A stretch of DNA of 64,000 bases from Eledone cirrhosa. Lineage: Eukaryota. The notes under the pieces are model-generated. The model was not told the origin of the DNA and searched no databases. It was given only the letters and a program-made list of their open reading frames with translations. The stretch is from positions 34,782,001 to 34,846,000 of the forward strand of contig OZ024741.1 of assembly GCA_964016885.1 (NCBI GenBank), given 5' to 3'. The position numbers and the translations under genes were made by a program. Below are positions 48,638 through 60,938 of the stretch, piece after piece. The first letter of the stretch is position 1; the number at the start of each line of letters is the position of its first letter.

Positions 48638-50323
48638 TTAAAACAAACCCTGGAATGAAGTTAGTTGATACACTACAATAATTCCGATTAGCAAAATTAT
48701 ATTGCTATATGTACATGGAAATGTTCCTGCTCTCTGGTGAACCATTCTCTCTGTATACTCATTACTACAGTGACTGGTGAATGTTTCTTGATGACATTTT
48801 TGCTGTAACATTTTCTGAAGGTAGTAACTAGTGAAGCTCAAATTGAAAAAATTCTGACTAATGCTCGAACATGTTCCTGAAAAATGCACAGTCTTATCTA
48901 GAATGAGTTCATATAAAACACAATCACAGTTGACAGGGTTTGCCATTAGGTTAAGATCGTGGAAAGTACAAGATGGACTCTTCTTGATGAAGTTTATATT
49001 GCTGATGGAATTTGACTGAAAATCTATGGTGAGTTCTGCTACTTCAGATGGCTTTGAGAATGCCTTTGGTGATATTTTCTTGATGCTCATATGACGTAAA
49101 ATAAAATGTCTAACAGCGAGCCCATCATTAAAATAATCTGGAATATTAGGCATTATGTTACCCGATATGTCCAATTCATAAAGTCGTCTCAGTTTCGTTA
49201 ATAGTGAATAAGGCAAGGAGGTGATGTTCATATCTCTAAGAGCTAGGGTGAATAGTGTGTTTTCCAAACCATTTAGCAATGTTGCTTCCAATGGTATGCC
49301 ATTGCCACTAATATCCAATGATCGTAATTTTAGACCTAAAAATGGCTGTGTATTATTACTAATATCATTAATCCTATTATAACTGATGTTCAAAGTCGAA
49401 AATCTTTGAAGATTTTGAATTGCCTCAGTTGGGATTTTACTGAGGAATGTATTTGATAATATCAGTTTCCGAAGTGATTTTTCTTGATCTTGAAATGCAT
49501 TGCTAGGAATTTCTGACATTTCTCTAAAATCATTTCCAGTTAAGTCTATTTCTGAAAGTTTAAATAAGTCAGCAAATGACTGATTCTCAATAACAGTCAG
49601 TTGATTAAAACTGAGATCAAGTTTACTAAGATGGTGTAATCCCTTCAGTGAGCTGGTAGGTACACTAGTTAAATGGTTATGTGACAGATATATCTCCTTC
49701 ACATTCCGTACTCCCAGGAAAGCACTTGAACCTATTTCTTCAATTCCACAATGTACTAAGGAGAGCATTCTCAAGTTCTTCATTTTATAACCAGGGAAAA
49801 TCCTGCTGGGGATTTTCTTTAATTTGTAATTACCTTCAATAGTAAGTTCATACAGAGTTGGAACAGAGTGTAAGAAGCGTAGTTTATAGATATTTAATGA
49901 ACTAATGTTTAATGTCAATTTCTGAAGGAAACGATTGGTAATCTTCAGAGCTTTGTCAGCGATGTAACGTATTTGATTGTATCCTCCAAGATCAATCTCC
50001 ACTATAGAATCAAAACTGAAATCCCGACTGTTAACCAGCTGGATGTAGTTATCTCGTAACCAAAGACGATAGTACTTGTGCTGGTCTAAGTCTACCAAAG
50101 CTGGAACTCGAGTCAAATTCCTAGAACGACAGTCAATAGTGACAGTGTCACTCTGTGGATGATCATGAACACCTTCATTACACTCACAGACATTATATGC
50201 AAGGCATGGGTATCTTTTAACAAAATCTTCTGAAAATGGAATTGCCTGGCATAGAAAAATTAATATAACAAAAATGAAATATTTCATATATCCTACTGTA
50301 TTTGTAACAGTGGAGACAAACAT
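48638..50323 (-). CDS. Extracellular leucine-rich repeat protein (signal peptide, LRRNT, about 14-16 LRRs, LRRCT, hydrophobic C-terminus, probably GPI-anchored)
   Basis: Uninterrupted ORF. First ATG is at 50323 (alternative 50287, MKYFIFVILIFLCQA). It has a CEC...IDC cap, LxxLxLxxN repeats, an NPVNCDC cap and a terminal IILLIGIIVVY. An acceptor tactttcag puts the exon start at 50399, implying upstream UTR exon(s). Confidence 0.9.
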   Translation of the reverse strand: MFVSTVTNTVGYMKYFIFVILIFLCQAIPFSEDFVKRYPCLAYNVCECNEGVHDHPQSDTVTIDCRSRNLTRVPALVDLDQHKYYRLWLRDNYIQLVNSRDFSFDSIVEIDLGGYNQIRYIADKALKITNRFLQKLTLNISSLNIYKLRFLHSVPTLYELTIEGNYKLKKIPSRIFPGYKMKNLRMLSLVHCGIEEIGSSAFLGVRNVKEIYLSHNHLTSVPTSSLKGLHHLSKLDLSFNQLTVIENQSFADLFKLSEIDLTGNDFREMSEIPSNAFQDQEKSLRKLILSNTFLSKIPTEAIQNLQRFSTLNISYNRINDISNNTQPFLGLKLRSLDISGNGIPLEATLLNGLENTLFTLALRDMNITSLPYSLLTKLRRLYELDISGNIMPNIPDYFNDGLAVRHFILRHMSIKKISPKAFSKPSEVAELTIDFQSNSISNINFIKKSPSCTFHDLNLMANPVNCDCVLYELILDKTVHFSGTCSSISQNFFNLSFTSYYLQKMLQQKCHQETFTSHCSNEYTERMVHQRAGTFPCTYSNIILLIGIIVVYQLTSFQGLF

Positions 50324-50914
50324 TATTGTAGGTTGTTCAAATCCTGAACAAAAATTATAACTGGTCTGATGCAAGGTAGTACTGTTTGATGCAGGAAATC
50401 TGAAAGTACAAAAGAAGCCCAGTTTATGAAAAGCTGTTGATTATTTTCTTAATTCAGTGTATAGTGGTGATGAGTATATGGTTGCCATTAAAGATAAAAA
50501 TGCATGTATAAACAATTAAGGAAACCAAGTCACAGTCTTTATCAAATAACAGTAAAAAGAACTGTGTGAATTATTATCCCATTTTTTATTTATCCTACAT
50601 AAGATTAACATGATATAACTACATAGAGAAAAACTAACATATATGTCCTATCCAATACTAATTATAGAGAAACGATATTAAAGTGATGCATGCATATTTA
50701 TATGTGATGTAAAAACAGGTTTGTTAAATCAAATAGTAATGTTTATAGTATCCTTTACTTGTGGACAGATTGTGAAAATATGTAAAATTAAAGTAAAGAC
50801 TAATTTTTAAAGTGGTGCAGTCAGAGTGCTGTTTTGTACTTTTCGGGAATACCTTGCTAATATAGTTTGATGCAGTACAGAATTAAAGCTGATATTTTTC
50901 AACTGTTTTTTTAA

Positions 50915-51122
50915 CCCTTTAGCATTTAAACCGGCCATATCTGGCCAGAATGCTTTCACCTCTTTCTTTTCAAACAAACCTTAACTGGCTGCTCATACTT
51001 ATGTTAAGGTATTGCTCTAAAAATAAATGATATCAAAATCTCATACATTCGATATTATGTGAGATAAAGCCTTTACCACAAAAATACAATAGTATATATA
51101 GAGTAATATAAATGTTAAAGGG
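50915..51122. mobile_element. piggyBac-type MITE (relatives at 34454-34670 and about 46580-46789)
   Basis: TTAA|CCCTTTAGCATTT...AAAGGG|TTAA; three homologous copies in the window. Confidence 0.75.
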
Positions 51123-53109
51123 TTAAATCAAAAATTATTTAGAGGATTAACAAAAGCTATCATTTTCTTTTACTCTGCTATTGCTATAGAAACTATAGAA
51201 TTGAAAAGTAAATTAGTGTTTACTATCATTTCTTAAATACAGAACTTTTTACATTGATGTTTAGCCTCAGGTTGGCCAGGATCAAGCAGATCTGTGACCA
51301 AAGGTATCCCAGGTAAGACCACCCACCATTTTTTTTTTTTATGAGACAGTTTATGTAGGACTGAAACATCCAACGTGTTCTTTCCTCCATTTTTTTTAAG
51401 ATAGCAGAGCACAATTCAAAGAAAGTTTGACTTTCTTTGAATTGTGCTCTGCTATCTAACGACGGCATAAAACCTTATACCAGATAGAATCCTTTGTGGT
51501 ATTCATTTCAGATCTCTGCTCTCCAAGTTCAAATCCCATAAGGTCAACTTTGCCTTTCATCGATTTGAGGTCAATAAAAAAAAGTACCCGTCTAGTACTG
51601 GGGTTTATTCTTCCTCTATATCTCTTTCTCACATCCATTCTCTGATTCTTTCTATACTTCTCTGGAAGAAATCTGCTGAATTCAGACCTGGAGAGAAGAT
51701 GAGCTCTGCCAGGTTTAAAAATGGCCCAGAATGCTGTATGATAATACAGCACCGATATGACTCCCTCAGGAGTTACAGGACCAGACGTGCCTTGTTATTG
51801 TTTAGCCTCAAATCAGCCCAGACTGAACAAATTCATGATCAAAGACATTCAAGCTCTTAATTTCAGACATAAGATAATGTAGTTTTAGATGCACTGTATA
51901 CCATTTTTAAAGATGTGAAGGTGGGGTTTGAGGGTGATAATAACAGAGATATAAATAGTAACTGAGATAGTAGAAGACTGGAAAATAATTCTTTCTTATC
52001 TTGGCACAAGGCCACCAATTTAGGGGATGGAGGGAAAGTTGATTATATTGACCCCAATATTTAACTGGTTTTTCATTTTATTGATCCTGGAAAGATGAAA
52101 GGCCAAGATGACTTCAGTGGGATTCAAACACAGACCACAGACAGTTGTAACTAAATATTACAAAGCATTTTGTCCAACACTCTACCGATATTACCAATCC
52201 AGCACCCTCATAAATCTAGTTTAGTAAATAATAGCAGACATTATGCCACATGTTAAGGAATTGGCATGAATGAAAAAAAAAAAAATTTCATCCTGTTGTT
52301 TGTTCTTTATTTAACAAGAAACACAAACATTTTATTATGATTCAGAGCAAACAGTATTTTTTTTGTTTTGTTATTGGAGAATAAAACTATTCTGCTGAAA
52401 CTTTGTTCACAATTATTAAAAATGTCTATTTTATTTTTAAAAAAAGTTTAAATGTCCTATTATAAATATCAGTAATAGTCATTTGGCTGCCTCTCTCTCC
52501 CCCCCTCTCTGTCATTCTGTCTCTCTTTCTCTCTCCTTCTCTGTCATTCTGTTTTCCCTCCATCTATCTATCTCTCTCTTTCTCTGTCCCTCCCTTTGTC
52601 TGTCTGTCTCTCTCTCTCTCAATCAGTTACACTGCAACATGCAAAGGATCATGGGAGACTCATTAAAAAAAACATCTCATCCAGCCTCTGCCATCTTTGA
52701 AAAAAGAAATGGATGAAAAAGCAATGAAAAATAAACTACAAAAAAAACAAAATGAACAACAAAAAACAAACAAACAAACATAAATAAAAATCAGAAGTGG
52801 ATGTGAGAAATGATGACATTTTCAGACAACTGATGTTAATTGTCAAACTTTAAGCTCTTAGGAAATTATTTAATGACAAAAATTCAAAAATTGTTTGCAG
52901 CTGTACTTAAAGTATGATACCAATTGTTATATATTAAGTGCAGGCATGGCTATGTGGGTTAAGTAATTCACTTCACTACCACATGGATTCAGGTTCACTT
53001 TCACTACATGGTACCTTGGACAAGTGTCTTCTACTATAGATTGACCGATGACATGTGAGTGAAATTTGGCAAACAGAAACTGCAGAAGCCTGTCATTATA
53101 TATATATAA

Positions 53110-53294
53110 GGGCGGTGGATTGGCAGTATCGGTAGAGGATCGGGCGCCATGCTTTGTCAGTTACGGCCCTTTATGGCCTGAGTTCAAATCCTGCTGAGGT
53201 TAACTTTGCTTTTCATCCTTACGGGGTCAATAAAATAAAGTACCAGTAATACACTGGGGTAATTGCTGGCCTTGTGCCAAAAGTAGAAACAATT
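53110..53294 (+). mobile_element. Full-length copy of the dominant tRNA-derived SINE
   Basis: GGGCGGTGGATTGGCAG...GTGCCAAAAGTAGAAACAATT, inserted in a (TA)n tract. Confidence 0.85.
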
Positions 53295-53477
53295 ATATAT
53301 ATATTTCTAAGTACATTCGCTCAGTTACAAATATACATTTTGTCAGCACTCCTAGTATGGTTAGCTCACATATGCATCCAAACCACCCCCGTTGAGTGAG
53401 TAACTTGAGAGCAGCAAGACTTTGGAAAATAGTTTTCCTATTTTTTTCCTATCATCTTGGTAAATGTAATATATATT

Positions 53478-54400
53478 ATCATTATCATCATTTCTCTTTA
53501 ATGCTTGCATGGGTTAGACGGGTCGTCCAAGCTGGATGGCAAGTCTGGCCAGGGGTGGCCATGTGTCGCACTGTAAATTTGGCTGGGTATTTTACAGCTG
53601 GATGCTATTTCTAACACCAAACACGTTTACAGTGTGGAACTGGATGGCTCTGTAATGAGGAGGGACAAAGGACAGGCTAGTTGGCAGCACCAAACCCATC
53701 TCACAATGGAACTGGATGGCACCAATACAAGGAGACTAACCCTTCTCACTGCGCAGTCACAGTTTTGGGGCCTGGTATTGGGTGGCACTGCTATTGGGAG
53801 AGGTGGCCAGTTGGCTGCGCAAAACCCGTCACACAACGTTACCACAGTTTTAGGGCCCGGTACTGAATGATGCCAGTATAAGGAAGGATAGGTGCGGATC
53901 CCAGTATGGGATCCTCGCCCACAGCAGGAACACAGTTTTTTTGGTTTTTTTTAACCTGGCACTGGATGATACCACTAAGGCAGGTGGAGGCTGATTTGGC
54001 TGCCCCAAACCCCTCCCACAATGGCACCCTAGCGTCCCTACATTGATAGTTACCACTCTGAAGTCTGAAATTATGGGTGGGGCATACAGCTTTCCTGATG
54101 GTGGGTGATATCTTTGCGCTAGTTACTTGTGCCCAGTTTGACGTTTGCATCATGACCTTGTTCATTATTGATATTACTGGTCAACGCTATGTGCATGTGT
54201 TAGTGGTTGTTAAATTAGCAATAGGATTCTTTTGGGGAGAGGGCGTTATTAGGCTTAGGACATGGTTGCCTCCTTGGGTGTGGAGGTGTTTGTGTAACAT
54301 GGCTAGGGTTATATGGCGGTCTCATTTTTTATTGCACTTTGTTATGGTAGAGCATGGAGGGGGGCAGGTGAGAAAAATGTCTACAATAATCAAGACACTT
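53478..54400 (-). mobile_element. Internally deleted (bipartite) RTE derivative
   Basis: The minus strand reads FRVVTINVGTL (start of an APE endonuclease) at about 54065-54030, joined to an RTE-type 3' UTR and tail. The 5' boundary is uncertain. Confidence 0.5.
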
Positions 54401-54569
54401 TTTTTGGCTAAAGACGACATGTTATGATGAGAATATTCTAAATAACTCTTGTTAATATGACAAAATAAACACGCAAAAATAATTAATCAGTATTGACAAA
54501 ATAAATATATAAATATTTACACACATATACATATATATATATATACATATGTTTGTATATATATATATA

Positions 54570-54851
54570 TGATGGCTGCCCCCTCGATATCGAGTATGGC
54601 CATTGCACGATATAACATTATTAATAATTAATTAATGCTATCGTGCAATGCCTGTGCGTGAAGATTTTTTTAAAGTGACTAGTTATAACCCGAAAAGAAG
54701 AAAAGATCAACATCATGGGTAACTACTGAAACGCAGGTTTTATGTCAGAGTTATCCCAGTTTCCTGAGTTTCCTTCTCCTAGAAGAATGCCAAGACAAAG
54801 GCTAGGGTCCTTCACTGCCAGTAGTTTAACCGCACGAACGGGTGTCTAGCC
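54570..54851 (-). mobile_element. Short RTE-related non-autonomous element (second, truncated copy at about 1168-1388)
   Basis: About 200 bp of near-identity between the two copies; TCTAGGAGAAGGAAACTC motif resembling RTE 5' regions; CATTGCACGA/TCGTGCAATG hairpin. Confidence 0.55.
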
Positions 54852-54869
54852 CGATTATTTTATGTCCCC

Positions 54870-55261
54870 GTGCATATTCATACACATGCATACATGTATA
54901 TACACATATACACACATATATATATATACATACATACACATGTATATACACACACACATATATATATATATATATACATACACATGCATACAGGTATATA
55001 CACATATACACACATATATATATATATACATACATACACATGCATACATGTATATACATATTTACAGATTTTGGGATGGCCGTTGACTCTTATGAGTTCT
55101 TCCGCCCTTTGTCAGGTTTTGTTTTTTGTCCTGCAGGGTGTCCGAATTACACCCTCCTCACCAAGTAAGCTTGGTGGAGTTGCCAGTTAAGTCGCCGAAG
55201 ACCCGACCATGTGACAAGTTGTACTGGGTTACATGTTACCAATAGCACTCAAGAGTGACCT

Positions 55262-55332
<71 letters not shown>

Positions 55333-55360
55333 ATATGCATATATATATATATAAGCATAT
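54870..55360. repeat. (TA)n/(CA)n microsatellite tracts
   Basis: Alternating purine-pyrimidine tracts at 54870-55060 and 55264-55360; similar tracts near 11355, 11880, 12634, 14567, 16482 and 27257. Confidence 0.9.
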
Positions 55361-55828
55361 ATCATCATCATCATTTTACGTCTGCTTTTCCCTGCTTGCA
55401 AGGGTGGAATGGGTCCTATTCAGCACAGCATCTCTCCACTTGTCACGGTCCTTCGTCATCTCCTCCGTGAGCTTCAGCGATCTGAGGTCTGCTCTCACCA
55501 CCTTCGCCCATGTTTTTCGTGGTCTTCCCCTACTGCGTCTTCCTTCTACTGGCATTTCTTGGCACTTCTTTACTCAGCGGTCATGTTCCATGCGCATCAC
55601 ATGTCCATACCATCGCAGTCTTCTCTTCCGCACACTACAACTTATCCCTCTTATACACAGTTTCTCTCTCAACTCATCCATGCTTGGTCATTCACGTACA
55701 TTGACTTTACACATCCAACGGAGCATGCTTGCTTCATTTCTCTACAGCCGTCGCATATCCTCTGCAGTTGCTGCTCATGTCTCACTATCATGCAGCATCG
55801 TGCATCATATAACCGGCCTTCCGTACGC
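55360..55828 (-). mobile_element. RTE LINE 3' fragment (second family, short 3' UTR)
   Basis: The reverse strand encodes GRLY...[13 protein letters not shown]...GRPRKTW; (GAT)n tail; flanked by (TA)n. Confidence 0.8.
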
Positions 55829-56105
55829 ATATACATATATACATACATATATACACACATATTACCATCCAGGGTTTAAAAAAGCTTTCACACACATATT
55901 CTTACCATCTCCTTTTTATAAAGACTTGTAACAACACAATCCTGGTATTTTTCTTTACATCGAAACCACTATACTAACAGTTACATCCATCCATCCACTT
56001 ATCGTTACAACCACATATAATATTCTGTTACAACTGGTGACCCCGTAAAACAGACATAACCTTCTGATCATCCACTACAAACAATGTCTCTAGCACACGG
56101 CAGAA

Positions 56106-56950
56106 ATGACAGTCAGGGCGACATTTACATTAAGAATTCCACCATTCTGGGTGCACGATCCAACACTGTGGTTCGCGCACATTGAAGCGCAGTTCGCATC
56201 GAACCGGATCGTTAGCGAGGCATCCCGTCTCACACATGTCATCGGTTCGATGTCTCCGGAGATTATGAATGAGGTTCGAGACCTCATTTTAGCACCACCC
56301 GGCTCTGTGTCATATGACACATTTAAAGGAACATTAGTTAAGCGGACGTCGGAGTCGCAGCAGAAGCGTTTGCACCAGCTCTTCATATCGGAGGAATTAG
56401 GAGATAAAAGCCGACGCAACTCCTACGGCGAATGAAGCAGCTTCTGGGAGAACATAAACTCCCGGATGAAATTTTCAAGCAACTCTTCCTCCGGCGTTTG
56501 CCTTCTGCCACACAAGTTGTACTAGCATCCACCAGGGAGTCCACCACCATAGAAGAACTCGCCGAGCTGGCAGATAAGATCATGGAGGTACCACATCTGC
56601 ACTCAACTTTAGCGAATGTGACGCCAGCCGTGCCTTCCACTAATCCTTTCCTTCAGCCCTCCAGTGCCACAGAGATGCCCGATCTACACCAGTTACTGGC
56701 ACAGAAAGAAACACAGATACAGGCCTTGACGCAACAAATTCAGGCTTTGTCACTGGGCAACCCTGCCATGCATCGGTCCAACAGTCGAACTCGCCGATTT
56801 AGTGGTCGCTCAAGAAGTCCGAGCGTATCTCGGGATTCACCAGAAATGTGTTGGTACCACCAAAGGTTGGGGAGACGAGCGCAAAAGTGCAGCCATCCCT
56901 GTTCATTTGTTTCGAAAACGAATCAGGGAAACGACACAGCCAGAAACTGA
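56106..56950 (+). pseudogene. gag: Gypsy gag (frameshifted near 56410-56435)
   Basis: The two overlapping ORFs 56106-56435 and 56432-56950 join into a CsRN1-type Gag with a CHCC motif. Confidence 0.85.
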
Positions 56951-59900
56951 ATGCGACGGACGTTTCTGGCCCTCATAACCAAAGTCGCCTATTTTTCATT
57001 CAGGATCGCGTCACAGGCACGCGTTTCCTGGTCGACACCGGTGCTGAAGTCAGCATCATCCCGGTTTCCTGCGTTCCTGGAAAAAGGAGAGAGACACCAG
57101 CCTGGCTCCAGGCGGTGAATCACCCACATATTCCGACCTACGGAGAACAGTCCCTGACACTAAATTTGGGACTACGCCGCACTTTCCAGTGGGTATTCAT
57201 TGTGGCTAAGCTGCCGACCCCTATTTTAGGAGCTGACTTTCTTCAGCACTTCTCGCTGCTAGTGGACCTGAAAAACCAACGACTCGTTGACAACTCCACT
57301 GGTCTCGCTGTGCACGGCATAGCCGCTAGGACAGCCACAGTCAGTCCAGTCATTTCACGATCGACAACAACAACCCGGCACAACCACATCATCAACAAAT
57401 ACCCAGACGTAGCTCGACCACTATTCAACGCTTGCCCTGTAAAACATGACGTCACACACCACATAAAAACACACGGACCACCTGTCGCTGCACGACCTAG
57501 AAGGCTACCACCAGACTGGCTGAATCCGTCAAACAAGAATTTCAGCACATGCTGGATTCGACTGGCGAATCTGTGGCGACTACCGTGCACTGAACAACTG
57601 CACCGTTCCTGATTCTTATCCAGTGCCTCATCTACAGGACTTCTCTGGCTCGCTGCACGGGGCTCGCATATTTTCGAAGATCGATCTTGTGCGAGCTTAC
57701 TATCAGATACCCGTTGAGCCCGCAGATATTCCAAAGACCGCCGTCACAACACTCTTTGGAATGTTCGAATTTCTGCGTATGCCTTTCGGTTTGCGAAATG
57801 CAGAGCAGACATTCCAGCGATTCATCGATACAGTCACCAGAGGTCTACCTTTTGTATACGCATACATTGACGACTTACTGGTGACCAGCAGCTCCGATGA
57901 AAACATGAGAAACACCTGGATCTCCTATTCACACGTTTACGTGAATATGGAATTGTTATCAACCCCAGCAAATGTGAGTTCGGAGTTGCGTCCCTTCATT
58001 TTCTGGGACACATCATTGACAAAGATGGTATTCGCCCACTTAAGGAGAAAGTCAAATCCATCATTGACTTTCCACAATCTACATCTCTCCGCAAACTGCG
58101 AACATTTCTTGGCCTGGTTAACTTCTACAGAAGATTTATACCCCACTGTGCAGAGACAGCCCAACCACTCACAGATTTGCTGCGGCAGCGTACAACCAAA
58201 AACGCAAACATCAATCTCAGCGAAAAAGAATGTACCGCTTTCGTTGAGGTGAAGAAAATGTTGTCCGAGGCTACAATGCTGAGTTACCCCAAACCTGACG
58301 CCCCAATGTGTTTATTGACTGATGCATCCGATTTCGGAGTTGGAGGTGTGCTTCAACAACTCTCTGGCGATATTTGGCGACCTGTATCTTTTTTCTCTAA
58401 GCGATTAAAACCCGCCGAAACTAAGTACAGCACATTCAGTCGTGAATTATTGGCAGCATACCTTGCTGTCAAGCATTTTCGACACATGCTAGAAAGTCGT
58501 GTGTTCTCTATATACACCGACCACAAACCACTAGTGTACGCGTTCAACGCCAAGCCTGACCGACACTCACCCAAGGAGGTCCGACATCTGGACTTCATTT
58601 CTCAGTACACTACTGATATTCGGTACATTAAGGGTGCCACCAACTCAGCAGCTGATGCCCTATCGCGCATGGTGCTTAACGCAATCCACACCACTACCAC
58701 TATCGACCTCCAGAGGATTGCAGCGGATCAACAGAATGACGAGGAACTGCTGCAATTCCGGAAATCATCCTTGAAATTGAAGGAATGGCCGCTGGTTCTC
58801 TTCGGGTTATATTTGGTACGATATCTCCACAGGCCACGAGCGCCCATACGTGCCTCGGAAACATCGACGCGACGTTTTCTCGGCACTGCATTCTCTGGCA
58901 CATCCTGGCGTCCGCGCTACGCAGAAACTGATGGTTGCCCGCTTTGTGAGGCCCAACAACAACAAGGACACCCGCGAATGGGCTAGGAACTGTATCGCGT
59001 GCCAGAAGGCGAAAATTCACTGGCACATCAAAGCCCCGATCGGTTCTTTCGCAACACCTGATGCACGGTTCCAACATGTGCATATAGACATCGTTGGACC
59101 TTTGCCTCCTTCTCACAACTACACTCATCTTCTCACCTGTGTCGACCGATTTTCTCGCTGGCCAGAAGCTTTTCCCCTGACGGATATTACTGCGGAAACT
59201 GTCGCCAAAACGCTAGTGTTTCACTGGGTTTCGCGTTTCGGCACACCCGCGACCATCACTACGGATAGAGGACGTCAGTTCGATTCGCACCTATTTACCG
59301 AGCTGACTCGTCTCCTCAGGTGCAAACACATCCGTACAACAGCGTATCACCCTGCCGCTAACTGCATGGTAGAACGTGTAGTGACCTACATTCCGCGGGC
59401 TCACATACATTCTCTGTGCGTGATTTGGCTCAGTTCAGCCAATCAGCGCCAGTAGAAGAGGATGTATCCCTACGCGCCCTGAGGAAGAAATTCCACGCGA
59501 AGATTTGAAGAATCTCTCTCTTGTACCGGAAACTTCAAGCCAGCAACACGCATAATGTAACGGTGAGATTTGCACCCTAGCCTCGCCGGCTTAACGGCGC
59601 AATGGCACATTCCCTTTTGTAACCTCTTTTTATCTGTAACTTCAACCATATAAGTTAACAAACATTGTTTGTACTACATCAAAAATAAACATACATTTCA
59701 TCTCTAATTACTGCTGTTGAAATCATTATTATGTTACTCGTGTCTCAATAACATATATAACCCTTGCTGCTGGAATTGGCGACCTGATAAAAGGAATATT
59801 GTAAATAGATAGTAAATAGATCGAGGGACCTTCCCTCACGTCTATGTCAACAAGATAATCCAACGAGGATACTATCACTTACCACACTGGCAACTAACGA

Positions 59901-60560
59901 CCTTCAATCAATCATCTACCCTGTTAAAGTGGCGACCACCATTCTACTACCTGCTAAAAACGCTTCCACCGCCAGCTAAAAGCATCTATCAAGGCTTATG
60001 AAGACAACACTAACTGGTTCGAATACCTCCCACTCATTCTTCTTGGTATTCGTTCCACTGTTAAGGAGGGAGTCGGACATTCTCCGGCTGAAATGTTGTA
60101 TTGCACCGTACTCACTCTACCCGGACAAATGATCGCTCCTGTTTCGCCACAAGAACTTCCAGACCCAACAAAATATGTGCACCGTTTACGGTCATCGATG
60201 TCGCATCTGTCTCCTTCAGCCCCTAAACAACAGCACGTTACTTCACACATACCAAAAGACATCTATACATGGACGCATGTTTTCGTTAGAAATGACGGTA
60301 TTCCATCGCAACTTCGTCCGCCGTATTCCGGGCCCTATAAGGTGATACAGAAAAGCCCTAAGTATTTCATCCTCGACTTGAACGGGAAACGAAATACCGT
60401 CTCCATTGATCGTTTAAAAAAAGCGTTCATAGAACAGGAATTGCCACCAGTACCCACCGTTTCTCCAGCAGACTCACCAACAACTTTGCCCGACACAAAC
60501 ACGGCAAATTCTGCACAACCCCGACACCAAATCTGGAAGAACAGTCCGATGGCCCACGCG
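56940..60560 (+). pseudogene. pol: Gypsy pol (PR-RT-RH-IN) with frameshifts, an RT N-terminal deletion near 57558 and an insertion in integrase
   Basis: Motifs are spread over ORFs 56848-57612, 57623-58252, 58177-58986, 58850-59376 and 59963-60629; MVER|FHRQLKA is split by the 59377-59958 insertion. Confidence 0.88.
59377..59958 (+). mobile_element. Solo LTR-like insertion (second family) within the Gypsy integrase
   Basis: TSD AACG; starts TGTAGTG and ends CTGCTAAA; contains AATAAA; removing it restores the integrase reading frame. Confidence 0.85.
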
Positions 60561-60938
60561 ATACGTACAAGTTTATCGGGTAAGCACAATTCTGTGGTCA
60601 TGAACTATTGTTACACACAAATCAATTAACTCTGTGCATCACCCACATCAAAAGAACAGACAAAAGAACATTTTCCCGTTTCTATGAAATGAACGAACTT
60701 TTAATCAACAAACTTTTCGTACGAACATTTTCAATTTTATGTAACATCACAGTACATTTTCCTGCATGTAAATTTCTTTTGCTTTGCATACTTTCTTTCA
60801 TTTCTCCTGTTTCTAAATGACTTTCATGTGTTTTTTGTTTTTACTGATTTTCTTCAACAACACACCTAGACATACCTATCTTCATTTCACATGCACCTAG
60901 ATCGTTCAATCTTAGCTTTCTCCCTGGAAGGGGGGTAC

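Noticed and set aside
50324-50374. ORF-track N-terminal extension of the LRR protein (MHQTSYNF...)
   Set aside because: It begins at a non-ATG codon; the first ATG is at 50323 and the signal peptide follows it.
54826-55931. Several ORFs rich in YI/HT/CV dipeptides
   Set aside because: They are translations of (TA)n/(CA)n microsatellites and antisense RTE sequence.
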